Shown: positions 12,601 through 25,159, numbered from the whole stretch's first letter. The stretch is DNA of 57,874 bases, filler included, from Sphacelaria rigidula (GCA_964200075.2; 6 parts of 6 records of this genome joined end to end with filler, not necessarily neighbours in it), one strand, 5' to 3'. The notes: a model not told the origin generated them from the sequence alone. Numbers and translations are program-made.

Positions 12601-14310
12601 ATTGTTTTTTTTATCGATTGTTGTACTTTAACTGACCCCCCAGGGGTCCAGCCGTGGTCTCATGATAGACGTGCCCAAGAAAAACGAAATTCAAACACGC
12701 TCTAAGGAAAAATTAAAGGAACAGAAGAAAAATGAAAAGAAAGAGGGGTCGAACAGAACGACATAGGAGACTAAGTCGAGACAAAAAAAGTGATGAGCAT
12801 TCAGCACAAGCAAAGCACAGAAAGAAATGGCCGACTAAATCAAGAAAAAGGAAAACAAGAGGAGAGTACAAAGCAAATGAACAAATACAATGAAACGATG
12901 GGGAAAAAAGAAAGAAAGAAAAAGGCCTAAGGGATTCATGGCAGCAGAGTAGATGCAGACACACACCAGTGGGCACCACGGAGCCACCGACTAAGGACAT
13001 GATCAACAACCGATATGAGAGGACAGGATTTTCCGATTGGCAGCCCTCGACGTAGCAGACTCTCGCTTGTGACCTCGGTGTGATTCTCGCTTGTCCGTGC
13101 GTCGCCAGGTGTCCTCAAACTCTTCCGCTCCCTTTTCGACTCCAATATGCCATTTGCCCAGGTCCTTCGCCGCAGTGACCCAATCGTATGCATCGTTGAC
13201 CTCTACACCGTAGACGAACCACTTTCGTCGGGCTCCTTTGTGCGGGACAGTCCCTAGAGCACGTAGCTTCTCCTTTAGGGTAGCCTCCCATTGCTTGGGG
13301 GGGCGGCCGACCTCCTTGGGTCCTCGTGTGGAAAGCCGACCGTTCATGACACAATTGGGAAGGCGTGTGTCCTTCTACCGGACAAGGGCTCCCGCGAACC
13401 AGAGTTGACGTTTGCGGATAGTCGTCTCGATACGTTCACAGTTGGGCATCTCGAGCACCGCTCTGTACGAAAAAGTCTTGTAGCGATTTCGATCGTTCCT
13501 GCCGAACCCAACCACTCGCAGCAAGAGCTTGTGATGGGCAGTGCGCAGACTGTCGAAGTCCTCAGAACGTAGCGTCCATGTGGCACACCCATACAACAGA
13601 GCTTCCACCACCTCCGCTTCAGGCAGTCGAACTTTCAAGGATGGCTCGGCGTTGGGTCGGTCGTAGAGTTGGGAGCTATATTTTTGGATACGTGCCCACG
13701 CCGCGCTGATACGGCGGTTGATTTCGGTGGACATTTTCTCATCCGCGCTGATAGCTCCATCGAGGTAGATGAACTTCACTGTCTGCTTATACCGTTGACC
13801 GACAGCTCTGATATCCAGGGTGGCCTCCGTGGAATTGGGTACTGACCAAAGGCGCATGGACTCTGTCTTGGTCTCGGAGACCATCAGGCTAAATTCCTGG
13901 CAGGTCATCACTATCACGGCCATCATTCGAGCAAGGCCTTCTGAGGTCATCGAGGCTATGTCGGCGTCGTCCGCATAAAGCATTGCCCACACCGCGCGTC
14001 GCACCTTTTCCAGTGGTGTCTCTTCCACGGGTTCACCACCGACACCTTGTGGCGCATCATCTAGAAAGACCAAGTCTGAGACGATGAGTGGGTCCGCCGC
14101 AAACCGCTGGACGATCACTTCCATTAAGCCTGCTCCGAAAATGTTAAACAACAGCAGAGACGAAACGCAACCTTGTCCTAGTCCCTGGCAGACGTCGAAC
14201 CGCGCTGGTAGTTCGCCACTATCTGGCTGTATTCGAGCTCGCATGCCGTCGTGAAACATACGGATGATCGAAATCATTCGCGACGGGACTCCGAACCGAG
14301 CAAGCACTTT
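12601..14310 (-). mobile_element. 5'-truncated non-LTR retrotransposon (RTE-type LINE) with reverse transcriptase, degenerate
   Basis: RT motifs FGVP, QGLGQGC, LLFNI, MLYADD, KTESM, FIYLD, EINRRISAA, LLYGCATW, IRKRQLWFAG; continues past a stop into GRPPKQW; 3' UTR and tail near 12605-12660. Confidence 0.92.
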
Positions 14311-16114
14311 TTTATGTGGGAGAAAATGTACATTCCAGTAGATACTATCATATTCCGCAGTTTCATTTGTCTCAGGCCAAGAGTGAAGATCATCATGGGA
14401 GGAGGGGTGGGCACGTCCAGCATGAAGAGCTCGCTTCACGGGCGGTGTGCAGGGGTGGAGAAAGCACTTATCACGCACGAGACCCGTCACAGCACACATC
14501 GCAAGTGATTTTTACCGGAAAACGTTCGCGTCCAGGTAGTACGTGGCGAAGTTGTGCAGGGTTCTCTACATACCGGCTCCACCCCGCGCGCACGGATCTC
14601 AAATCACACTTGTATCCAGTATATATGCATGATACTGCTTGTTGTCTGTGTGTACGTGGTGTACCACCCCTCGCTCCGCCACATCTTGAACAGCGGTCGG
14701 TGTTGCAGCTAAGCGCGCATTTGCCCTAAGTGGCGCACGCAGGAGTGAAAGGCCGCCTCTGCCGCTATGATGCCCGCCTGTACCGAGCGCAGAGCTGTAT
14801 GGTAACACAGCCGCTGTGGCACGCAAGCCGGCTGTAACCATTCATACCGCGTGGAGATTTCTACACCATCTTGAAGTGATACTGCGCGCAGCTCCCACTA
14901 CGAGTATCGCGCACGTCGCAGTAGGCAATAACTTCCATACTGTGCACAGTACATTATTTGGAATTGTACATTGACTGTAGAAAGCTCTTGTCCAGGGTGT
15001 AATACATTTCCAAATATAATATATTAGGCGGTGAGATCCTGACATAATCCACAGCACATGGCCGAAGTGAAAGTGAGGCAATCACCGAAATATTCATGTG
15101 CAAAGCCTGTGCGGCCGTACTTTAAGTTGATGAGGCTAGAACATCAGTGCACCGACCATCCCAGCTGCCGGCCTGTTTGCATGGCCGTCCGGGTAGTGGT
15201 GTGACTGTCTGCACCGGGATGTCGCTCCCAGTGCCAGATACGCCGGCAAGGGTCCGTGACACTACCCACTGGTCGCCGACAGGAGCTTGACCTTCGGTTG
15301 ACGAGCTTTTTGAAGCGGAAACATTCAGCTCCCAACCCTCACATATATACCGGATCATAAACGATGCTTCTTTGCTGTGTTTCTTCAAGCGATCATCCAT
15401 AACCGGGCGAAGATTGATGATGAGGCCGGAAGGATTGGTCGCAGCCTGCGCGCTCAACTTTCACTGTACCCACTATAATCGTCATCAGACAGCAGGGTGT
15501 TGAAAAAACAAAATCCCACGCACCGTGGGTATCCACCGTATCACTGAAGATCGGACCATCAGCGACTTCCCCTGCTGCAGCTGTGACTGTGACTGTGACA
15601 CCTTCCTCAACACCAATCTACACTTTCTCCAAGTTTCGGTGTCATTCGACACGAGGCGCGGATTCTCTTCACGCCCAAGATGCCAAAACACCGCCGTCAT
15701 ATGATGGAAAAGGAATAACACTGTACAGCGGGGGACCACGGGGGAAGCCCTGACCTTACATGACTTTTGAACAGGGCTTCCCACGTGGTCCCCATCCTCC
15801 ACCGTGCTGCTAGCCATGCTTAACTTTTGACGTGAAACATGACACCATGTGACACGTAACGAGTGTAACGGCAGACCCTTGAAAAATAAAGAGAGATTTA
15901 TTGCCATAAATAACATAACAAATAAAAGACTAGTTTTATGACAGTCACCAATTTTCATCTGTACGCAGATCGGGGAACCTCAGATCGGGAAACGCAGTTT
16001 GTGGACTGCAGCCTAAGTCAAATCTAGGAAGCGAAAAGCGGGATGTCACGATCTGAGAAAGGTTGTTGTGATATGGAAGAACACCACTGCTGTATTCTGT
16101 GTGCTAAAAGTTAC

Positions 16115-16241
16115 TCCAAGATATTTCAGTTTTGTTTTGCCTCGGGTACGGCTATCATGTGACCACGGCTGGATGTCAGGGGATCAGTTTAAGTGCGACA
16201 ATCAATCAATCATTGGATCAATCATTGGATCAATCAATCAA
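16115..16241 (+). mobile_element. RTE-type LINE extreme 3' end with (TCAA)n tail
   Basis: CTATCATGTGACCACGGCTGGATG...GATCAGTTTAAGTGCGACAATCAATCAATC. Confidence 0.75.
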
Positions 16242-16360
16242 CATGTAAACGTAGCGGCCAAGAGAACGCGAAAAAGGGTGCAGAAGGACTGTTGTCAGCT
16301 GACTGAACAGAAAACAGAAAACCGCATAAAAGTGCTACAGCAGCACAGAAACCGACGGAA

Positions 16361-16546
16361 GCCGTGTCTCATCAAATTGTTTTCGTGTCGAAAACGTGCG
16401 GTCAAATCGAATTCCCTCGTTTCTGATTCGCTCGCGCTCTTTATTTCTCAGATGGTTGAGAACATGGATGCCGTGAACGTATCCGGTAAGAGCAAATTCG
16501 ATTCCACCGTACCTTTTCGAGTCGAAAACAATTTGATTAGACACGG
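16361..16546. mobile_element. Small MITE-like inverted-repeat element
   Basis: GCCGTGTCTCATCAAATTGTTTTCG ... CGAAAACAATTTGATTAGACACGGC; no clear TSD. Confidence 0.6.
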
Positions 16547-16579
16547 CCTGGGGCGAACAGGGGTGCGAATCAACCTCAA

Positions 16580-17022
16580 ACACGGGATCTTACAAATTGG
16601 GGATGGATCTTTTATTGGGTATGAGAAACCCGGAGAATTAAAATCTTCGTATCCACACCAAATCTTCGAAATATAGTTCCATATTTTCACTTACTGATGG
16701 CTATTGACAACTGCTACACGCCATAGAAATTTTGATTTCGATCACCGAGATATTGGGGTCCTGGGCGAAAAAAACATTTTCGGAACCATTTTGGTGTCCG
16801 TTCGGACACCCGGAATCCCCCAAAAGTGGTTTTTCACCTAGGACACCAATATCTCGGTGATCGAAATCCAAATTTCCATGGCGTGTAGCAGTTGTCGATA
16901 GCCATCAGTAGGTGGACAAATGGAACCATATTTCGAAGATTTGGTGTGGATACGAAGACTTTAATTCTCCGGGTTTCCCATCCCCAATAAAAGATCCACC
17001 TCCAATTTGTAAGGTCACGTGT
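16580..17022. mobile_element. ~440-bp foldback MITE (ACAC...GTGT), copy 1
   Basis: Arms of about 190 bp are reverse complements (CACGGGATCTTACAAATTGG...CCAATTTGTAAGGTCACGTG); homologous copy at 23245-23686. Confidence 0.85.
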
Positions 17023-17662
17023 TCTTACCAGTGATTATCAAGAACCCATTCCTCCTACGGTACCCAGTAACAGGCATCAATACTGCGCTTGTCGGCAGCT
17101 CCTGCAACTTTACACGAAGGCTGCCATGCAAGTTTGTCTAGTTTTCCTCGAACTAAACTCGTGCTGCAACGAACCCGCTGTACACGGAGGCATCGTGCTG
17201 CAGCCAGTGACGCTCTGCGCTGTTGATCAACTACTGTTTTGCTGTACAGTAGGACGACAGACTGCTGCGCTGGCTGCCAACAGCGAGCGAAACGAGCGGG
17301 GGAATGACAGGTAGGTGCGGCTTGAGAAAAGCGGGGTTCAGTTTCTGAGGAGATAGTTTCTCTCAAACTCATCTCTCGACCCGTGGCGTCTACTGTAAAA
17401 ACTATCATAACCTGAGGTCTGAGGACACCTCGTCATCTCACATTAGGTGGATCGAGCGAACCGTAACTTTTTGTATCCAAGTCACCTGTCATGAGAGTCA
17501 GCCCCAGCACAATGAGATACAGTACTGGCAGCGGTAGAACGCACGGGGGGGCAGGGGAGGGGGCGCAGAGCAAGGCGAACGAGGCTACCTAATTGTATCA
17601 AGTAATCGATCGCATATATATATATATATATATATCCATGATCTACAAGGGAAACGATGTAC

Positions 17663-17959
17663 CTGAGCATGGTTGCCACTGGAGTGGGTCACCACATCAG
17701 GGCAGTCGGCCGGGGTCTGTAGAACAGCGTTGCATGCGCCTCTTGCTTTGAAACTGCCGGTTTTCTGAAACAGCTCACACTTGAAGTATAGCTGTCTGCC
17801 GCCGCTGAGCTCATTCATTGCGGAGCATGTTAGAACAGGCGTTTTGTGCACGTGGGGCGCCAACCGCTCGGCTGCCGCTTGGATCCCGGCAATGGAGACC
17901 GCGCTGCTACCGCTGTCGGTAACACTCGACCCCGCACCATCACCGGCGATTGTTTCCAT
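17663..17959 (-). CDS. SRR: Serine racemase / Ser-Thr dehydratase (fold-type II PLP enzyme), N-terminal exon
   Basis: IQAAAERLAPHVHKTPVLT...LYFKCELFQKTGSFKARGA (PLP lysine motif) and THSSGNHAQ; ends at a CAG|GTAC donor; 99 codons from ATG 17959. Start codon uncertain; downstream exons not found. Confidence 0.88.
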
Positions 17960-18257
17960 AGCCGGGGTTGAGACGTTGTTTCTTGCCTGCCGCTGGTATG
18001 CTGATGACTGCAAACATATAGCAGTTGAAACGAGGTGGGAAGTCCTTCAGAGCGACTATCTATTACTACCGACTGTTGTGCCGGATCAGTGCCCCCTTTT
18101 GTGGATACTGTCTGACTACTGTGCTGCACGCACCGCAGCTGTCCTGTCACTATTGTCTGTATCTAAAATATCATCTCCACCGTGTCAATCGTCTTACTCC
18201 AAAATCATATTCTCGACCAAGGTGTCATGATTTAGCATGTGTGTGCATGTGTGTGCA

Positions 18258-18293
<36 letters not shown>

Positions 18294-19389
18294 GTGGTGC
18301 ATGTTGGGGTGAAATAATAGGCAGGTAGTTTAACCGGAGTTGGGCGATATTCTTTTCATGGTAGACACATTTCACAACTATCGTTCAAGCCCAACGCAAG
18401 GCATACCGAGAACCCTTGGGCAAGGGAGGTGCACAGGGTTTCCTTAGCAAAGGGTGGCGTCGGCAGACCTCAGATCGCGATTTGGACGCCGATTTGGACG
18501 CAGATTCCACACATCGGACAACTCAGCTCGTGGCAGATCCGGGTCGGCTCATTTGGGGCAGAGGTCGTGATCTGTTCGAGGTGTGCTGTCACCCGTGCAC
18601 GCCTGTCTGTCTGGTCGTGATCTGTAGGGCCCGCTTGACCCGTAGATATTTGCCGACGGACGAGCTGTACGACCCAGTTCACACACACTTTCGTGTACAA
18701 CTGATCTGCAGAACTGTGTGTCATCTGCACAACATCACACAGATGTCATCTACATCACTCGGCTCAGGCAAGCGCAGCAGCTTCTCGTCGACCGGCCCGA
18801 TTTGAATCTCAAGTACAGATAGCGACAGATGTCAAGAAATTGATTTCTGAAGCGAGGCTCGGCGTCTTATTTTCTCTCCGACTGCGGCAGGAATGCTAAA
18901 TCCAAATTCTTAGTATTCGGAGAGGTGCAAAACGCCAGATCCTTAATTTTGAAGTTCTTGTTTTGCACAAGCATCAGAGACGGCATTTTCCCCCCTGAGC
19001 GCTTGTCAAGAATCATGTCTGGCACATTGCATCCATCACGCATGCTGTGTTTCATCAGATTTCCATTTTATGACGAAACTCTCTAGGACTGCAGGGGTGA
19101 AAATTTATGTTGCCCACCTCCGACGACTATAAAACTGTTGTAGCACTGTACTGCTGTAAGCTGTAGCCTGTGACGGTTTAAGAGACAACCAACTAGACTA
19201 CTGACCAGTCAGCGCTGACTGGTCAGNNNNNNNNNNNNNNNNNNNNNNNNNNNNNNNNNNNNNNNNNNNNTTAATTAATTAANNNNNNNNNNNNNNNNNN
19301 NNNNNNNNNNNNNNNNNNNNNNNNNNGAAAGCACTGTTTTAGGCTTGAACCTCATCTCGGAGTTAAACCTCAATTCGCACAATTTGTTG

Positions 19390-20960
19390 ATACTCCATGT
19401 AACAGACGTTCCAGATGCTGGTCGTGTCTCTGCACTGCCTGTCGAACGATTGACATCTGTGGTTCCCATGGTTCGGTATTATGTGCCGTGTCGTGCGAGT
19501 GCTGTTGTGAGGCGGTTGCGCTCTGCGTTGCTCTCTGTGCTGAAGTGGGAGCACCGTGCTGCGTAGGGGGTGGTTCTCTGGGCGGTGGCGGTTGCTGTGC
19601 CGCGGTTCTACGATTGTCCGCCCCTGATGATGAAGCCATTGTAGGCGGTGCTGCTGCTTGCGTGGGCGATACTCCTGTGGGTACTGCCATGTCGAAACTG
19701 ATTCGAAGACTTTCGAGAACCACCACTCGTTTTGTACTTGACTGACGATGCCTTGCTCAATGTTGCCGAGCGCAGAGTGCTTTCTGGGCCTGAGAACTGA
19801 ACATAGCTGAGCAGTGGGGAGGTGTGCCTATTTAGTTCTCCCACCGAAACCCCTGTAATGCGTGCAAGGACCGCGTGCTTAGAGGGCCGCGCCGTGGTTC
19901 AAAACACCCCAGGATCGACGTTTACCAAAACCAACCGGGTCAGTCCCTGCAGGTACCATGCCCCTGACTACGACCCCAGCACTATCCCTAACCACAGGGG
20001 TGTTCAAATTCCGATGCGGTCCTCTAGGTACGCGGTCCTCTTACGCATTACAACCCCCATCATCCCGATAATGCCGCCGTGCACCACTAATCCGAGACGT
20101 TATGTTATGAATCGTCATCCGCCGACACCAACCATAGATTTCAACGAAATCTTGGTATTATGCCACGCGATACTTCCACCTTTTGCGTGCTGTGCGTCCG
20201 GGTGAGCATGTATTCTGCAACGAAACAGCGGTGTAGCTCATGAGCTGTGAGACGTGCGCCCTGTCGCAAAACGAGTCAACTCTCCAAGACGTTCGAGTAC
20301 AGGCAATTTTCATTTGTGTGGTAGAAGATAATATACCATCGATGGATGTCAGTTTCATGTCCAAACACGTGGTACACCGTAAGGTTGAATTCCATCAACG
20401 TTCACTTCTGCAGTGAACAAATAAGGCACAGGCGTACATTGTCGTTGACGTTTCGGTATCATCTGATCAAAGGACCTCAGACTGGAGAACGGTCGGCATA
20501 CTACGCAGCAACATAGACACATTATAATCGTGTGATGATGCCGCTCAAGAAAGTAACCAACACGTCACAGTTCCATTTTTCTTTCCGTGTATAACCTCTC
20601 CCGATCACGGTCGACGAGGGAAGGGGAGTGGTGATCCTCTCTGTCGATCACAAAAAGAATGCACCGCAGCAAGGCGGGAAGAACTGAGAAGTTGAAAGAT
20701 TCAAGAACTTCCGTGTTGGTCTTCCTCCCGTGTAACCCCGATTCATGCGCTGGTACTTGCCGAAAGGTGTAGACTAGCGTCCAGAACACATGGGACGATA
20801 ACGTACACCGCAAATACAGACGTTGCTCAGCCGTGGGGCCGTAGCATACACAGCTCGCACACGAGCTTGCATAAGCGGGGAAGAGTTGTTCAGGTACGTG
20901 TTGCATGTACAGTCTTTCGTCAACATTTTCCACCTCGTCAGCGGAATACCTGCCCATTCA
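19390..20960 (-). pseudogene. Highly decayed coding relic, possibly transposase-derived
   Basis: Several protein-like minus-strand blocks (HRWYIIFYHTNENCLYSNVLES; YQDFVEIYGW; IIG..GVSVG after removing the MITE) with stops and frameshifts. Confidence 0.25.
19854..20052. mobile_element. TGT...ACA MITE, copy A
   Basis: ~37-bp TIR TGTAATGCGT...GGACCGCGTGCTTAGAGG; 5-bp TSD ACCCC at 19849-19853 and 20053-20057. Confidence 0.9.
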
Positions 20961-22225
20961 GAATGGAGAACCCCCCCCCCTACTCCGGAGTAAGGTTTTC
21001 GGAAACCTGGGGCGGTGAGTATCGTATCCTAGTCTTCAAGGCCAGCAAGTTCAGTTTTGGAAGGGCGAGGTTACGTTTGTGATTACGGATTCGCGAGATC
21101 GGACTAATGTGCGGAAGTACTAATAATAAAAAGGTCCCTTGATCTGATTACTGTGATACGTTGTGACCATTAGAAATCGCTCGCGCTGTTATTTGTTGCG
21201 GCGCATCGGTCTCGCACCACAAACATCTTTCCAACTTCATGATGACCGTCAGGCGGCAGGGTGATAGCTGGGAGTTCCCCCCCCTCCGTTTTTCTCCTCG
21301 TCCGCTTCCCAGACATTTTTGGTTTTTTACTTCTTTCGACGACGCATGACTCGACCGATGTGTGCAAGCCAAAGAGTTCGGCCAGATATGCCTCAAGTCT
21401 TTGCGACATTCGACCAATTCGAAGACTCACATATACCAATCCAAAGCGCCATATATCGCGTGCTCACGTGCTTGAACAGAGACGCTTCAGCTGATGTCCC
21501 CTTGTAGGTGGATTAGTATATCGTACCCACGTGAAACCGTCGCTATTTTGTTGGGGACTGGTACCCGGCGGCAAGACAGCCATGACACGAAGAGGTACGA
21601 AAGCGTGTTACAGGATTGTCCGAATTAGAGGTGTTGAACTACACTTTATCTCCTGCTTCAGTACCGCAAAAGGTGGTACGCCATATAACGCACCCTCGGG
21701 TAGGTACACCGTGGGACTACTGCAGCGCGGTTCGGGGCGTCATGATACCCATCGATCGCATATCGGTTCTAATCTCACACCGTGCTCAATAGCGGCAGCT
21801 ACAGTATTCTACGCTACACGGGCTACCATCTACATTAGCGACCGACATCCGCCCAGAGGACACGTCCCCACCTCCTCACACGTTTTCTCTGACGTGACGC
21901 AGGCGATCGCCATCTCTATACATACTCCGGCCAAGTCGCTCCGGTTTGGGGCCGACACAGAGCAGCGAATCTTTGTCTGCACGTGTACAACTAGCCACGC
22001 CAGCCGGTCAGGAACAAATACCAACAAATACCCACCCTCCCCCAGAAGCATCAAAAACAGAAGAAAAATACAGGACCTCCTGAGAATTCATGCCGTGGGC
22101 GCTTTCCGACCAGGTCAACCTTCGCGGGGAAACGAACTACCGTACCACCACTCGAACCGGAGTGGGCGGTTATTCGGGCCCGTTTACGGGGTGGTTCTCG
22201 TCCTCGATGCGGTGCTATGCGGTCC

Positions 22226-25159
22226 TCAAATCCTGGTACCATTAGTCGCTGGCGACGGCATCGGCATCGGCACTGGCACCGGAGTCGGTACCGGCCTCGG
22301 GCGAGGACCCGTGTTGAAAAGGAGCACTTGCACGGTACAGACTGTGTTGCCGAGGCACAAGACAGGGAAAATCAGCGACGGGGCCAATACTTGACCGAAA
22401 GTGCCAAAACTGGGCTGGGTGCGACCGACAGCCACGCCATCGACGACAGCGACCAAGAATAGGTCCGATTGGGCGAGCTGTAAATCCTGGCGGAAGACCG
22501 TCACGCTCACGATCTCCACCCTCACCTGGGATCCGTACACAACAGAGGCGTTCGAGTCGACGGCAAGTGGTGAGCGGTCGAGAAGCAGTCAGGTTGGTAT
22601 CATCCCGTTTCCTCGCTGCCGCGTCGGGCGTGCTCGTCTAGTCCAAAACAGTGTACACCCCACCACGTCATAAGGACAGGGCATTTCGACCGCTACGCCC
22701 ATCCCTACTCTCTCATGATACAATCAAGCACAGCTCGTCCCGTGCCCCGCTCTTCGGGATCGCGGGCGTACCAGGTCTTTTCATCAAGGTTCCTACGAGA
22801 AACGTCGGCACCGCGGCCCACCATGCCCGAGGGCTCTAGTATATGCTCCAGTTGAACGGAACACGGCATCGAGGTACTCTCGATGTGTGGTGAGCCCGTG
22901 ATGGGCAATACGTTGCTCACATTGATCACCACCCCCTGCTGAAGACCGCGAGACGCCTCACTCTCCACTATGGCGGCTTGCTCTCCTCCGGTCGTTTCCG
23001 TCAGCCTCCGAGTCGGAATCACCACGACGGTGACCTGTCCAACCAGCGTTCTATTTGCGTCCACAAGGACGACAAAAATGGTCCGGCCGACTACCAGATC
23101 TACGATCTGAATAAAGCCGCCGGCAATCGGAAGGCCCGGGATTCCTACCGTGCGTTTGGAGATGCAGCACGGACAACACGGTCGATCCGAACCGAGCGAG
23201 GGTTTTTACCAGGTACGCGGTGTAGGACGAGCACGCAACACACGACACCGGAGCTCACAAAGTGGGGATGGCTTTTTTGAGGGGGATGAGACATCCGAAA
23301 ATCCAAATCTTCGTATCCACACCAAATCATCAAAATATGGTGTCCCATTTCCCCACATACTGATGACTATTGACGACTGCTACACCCCCATGGAAATGTG
23401 GATTTCGATCACCGAAACGCTGGAGTCTTGGGTGTAAAACCAATTTCGGGGGAGTTCCCGGTGTCCGTGCGGACGCCAAAATGGTTCCGATATTGGTTCT
23501 TCACCTTGAACCATTGCATCTCGGTGATTTCAATCACGATTTCGATGGGGTGTAGCTGTTGTCAATAGTCATCAGTAGGCAAAGAGATGGAACCATATTC
23601 GAAGATTTGGCGTGGGTACGATGTTGATTCTCCCAAATTTCTCATCCCCAATAAAAGATCCATCCGGAATTTGTAAGATCACGTGTTACACCCCCACTGG
23701 GCCGTGGCTCAACAAATGCACCCCTGATCGACCGGACCGAAAGGAGTCACTGGTCACGGAAGCAGCTTGCGGAAGGAATCACCCAGGCAGAGTCACTGAT
23801 CAAGGGTGGCGTGGCATCAAACTCTCCCGCACCCCCGCAAAATATACGCTACCCGTCACCACACGTATCATCTCCGGAGGACAAACACTGGTTCCGACAC
23901 TCATCTCTCACCAGGGATCGCAACGACGATGAAGATTTGTGCTACCGGGGCTGGCGTTGGCTGCGGTGTTGCAGTCGGCGCCGGCGTGGCTGTCGGCGCC
24001 ACCGTGGCGGTTGGTGCCGGTGTGGCGGTCGGGGCCACTGTCGGTGCCGGAGTAAACTTCCTTCCTGCAAGTGACGTGGACGGAGTACCCATACACGCAC
24101 CGGCACCACCAGGCGCGGGATCGATGTGGGAGCAACGAATGCAGGTCAAGGTACGACCCCAGGGGTTCTTGTGTGTGGTGTCACTGCAACAAATATGGTG
24201 CACCCCTCTCGGACCTACCGCTTTCGTTACGCAAAGTCTCCTACACATGTTGGGCGCTCGTCTCGTCTCTACAAGCGCCGTTCACGAAAATTGAATTGCA
24301 CTGCCGCCTTTAACGCTGGCTGCGGCATGGCACACGGGATATTGGCCCGGCACGCGGTGCACTAACCACGGAATCTCCGCCCTCTGCGCCCACGACGACG
24401 TCTCCTTCCCCCCCTTCTCCCCCTTCTCCTCCTCCTCCTGCCCCTGCCCTTCCTGCGGTGTTTTCTCCTGAGGCTTCTGGCATACTCCTCACCTGGAGAT
24501 TCATAAAACGACGACGGCAAAGAGGGACGACTTCGACCAGGGACACGATACTCGCGACCCTTGTCTGCGGCGGCATTCACCTCGAGCAGCTTCCTGACCA
24601 CACCAGGTGCATGAATGCACCTCCAACACTCGTCTACAACACGGCAACGACCAGAGTATCCCATCGAGACCCCTCACCCTCCCGAGGGCTCACCTTGCCC
24701 TGACGCTCGTGTGACGGAGCCTCCGGCAACAGACACCGGAGACAAGGCTGTCGGTCTCTTTTCCTCCTGCAGTGCCACCGCATCAGCCGTTGGTCCTGAC
24801 GTGTAAGTTCGAAAACATGAATCGAGTTCGGGCGCTGAAAACCCCTCGGCCGTATACGCGCCAGGAACACACAACACGCCCCAAGAGCACACTGAAGGCG
24901 TCAGCGGAGCCAAGGCCACACAGTGTAACGCCCAACAGGCGCCGGGATCAACGTCTAAGATTTGTCGTAGACATCCAATACTCATGTGTACCGTTTCGGA
25001 TCGCAGCACCTTACTCCCGCCTGCATCAGCTGTCGGCGAAGGGCCGTGATATTCGCGACAAAAGGCGTGCGACTCACCTACTGCAGCTGAACGTGCGAAG
25101 AGGGCCAAGCAGAAGATGATCCCAGTCACGCATCCGTACAGCCTTCTCGTCGACAACAT
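22226..25159 (-). CDS. Multi-exon gene for a secreted/cell-wall protein with signal peptide, Gly/Glu-rich segment, PT(A)TPA repeats and a beta-rich domain
   Basis: Phase-consistent GT-AG model: 25159-25078, 24795-24694, 24633-24581, 24492-24367, 24240-24219, 24064-23912, 23144-22921, 22525-(22240 donor or 22226 stop). N-terminus MLSTRRLYGCVTGIIFCLALFARSAAV; TPAPTVAPTATPAPT repeats; 3' end uncertain. Confidence 0.72.
23245..23686. mobile_element. ~440-bp foldback MITE, copy 2 (intronic)
   Basis: Homologous to 16580-17022; long self-complementary arms; lies in intron 23145-23911 of the secreted-protein gene. Confidence 0.8.

Noticed and set aside
14599..15457. Minus-strand ORFs as downstream serine racemase exons
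   Set aside because: No frame I translated contains racemase motifs.
19201..19226. Perfect 26-bp palindrome CTGACCAGTCAGCGCTGACTGGTCAG
   Set aside because: Ends exactly at a fragment boundary, so it cannot be distinguished from an assembly fold-back artefact.
24362..24664. Arg-rich protamine-like ORF (RRKHRRKGRGRRRRRR)
   Set aside because: Its Arg-rich part is an alternative frame of the Gly/Glu-rich exon of the secreted-protein gene; the spliced frame fits the phases.
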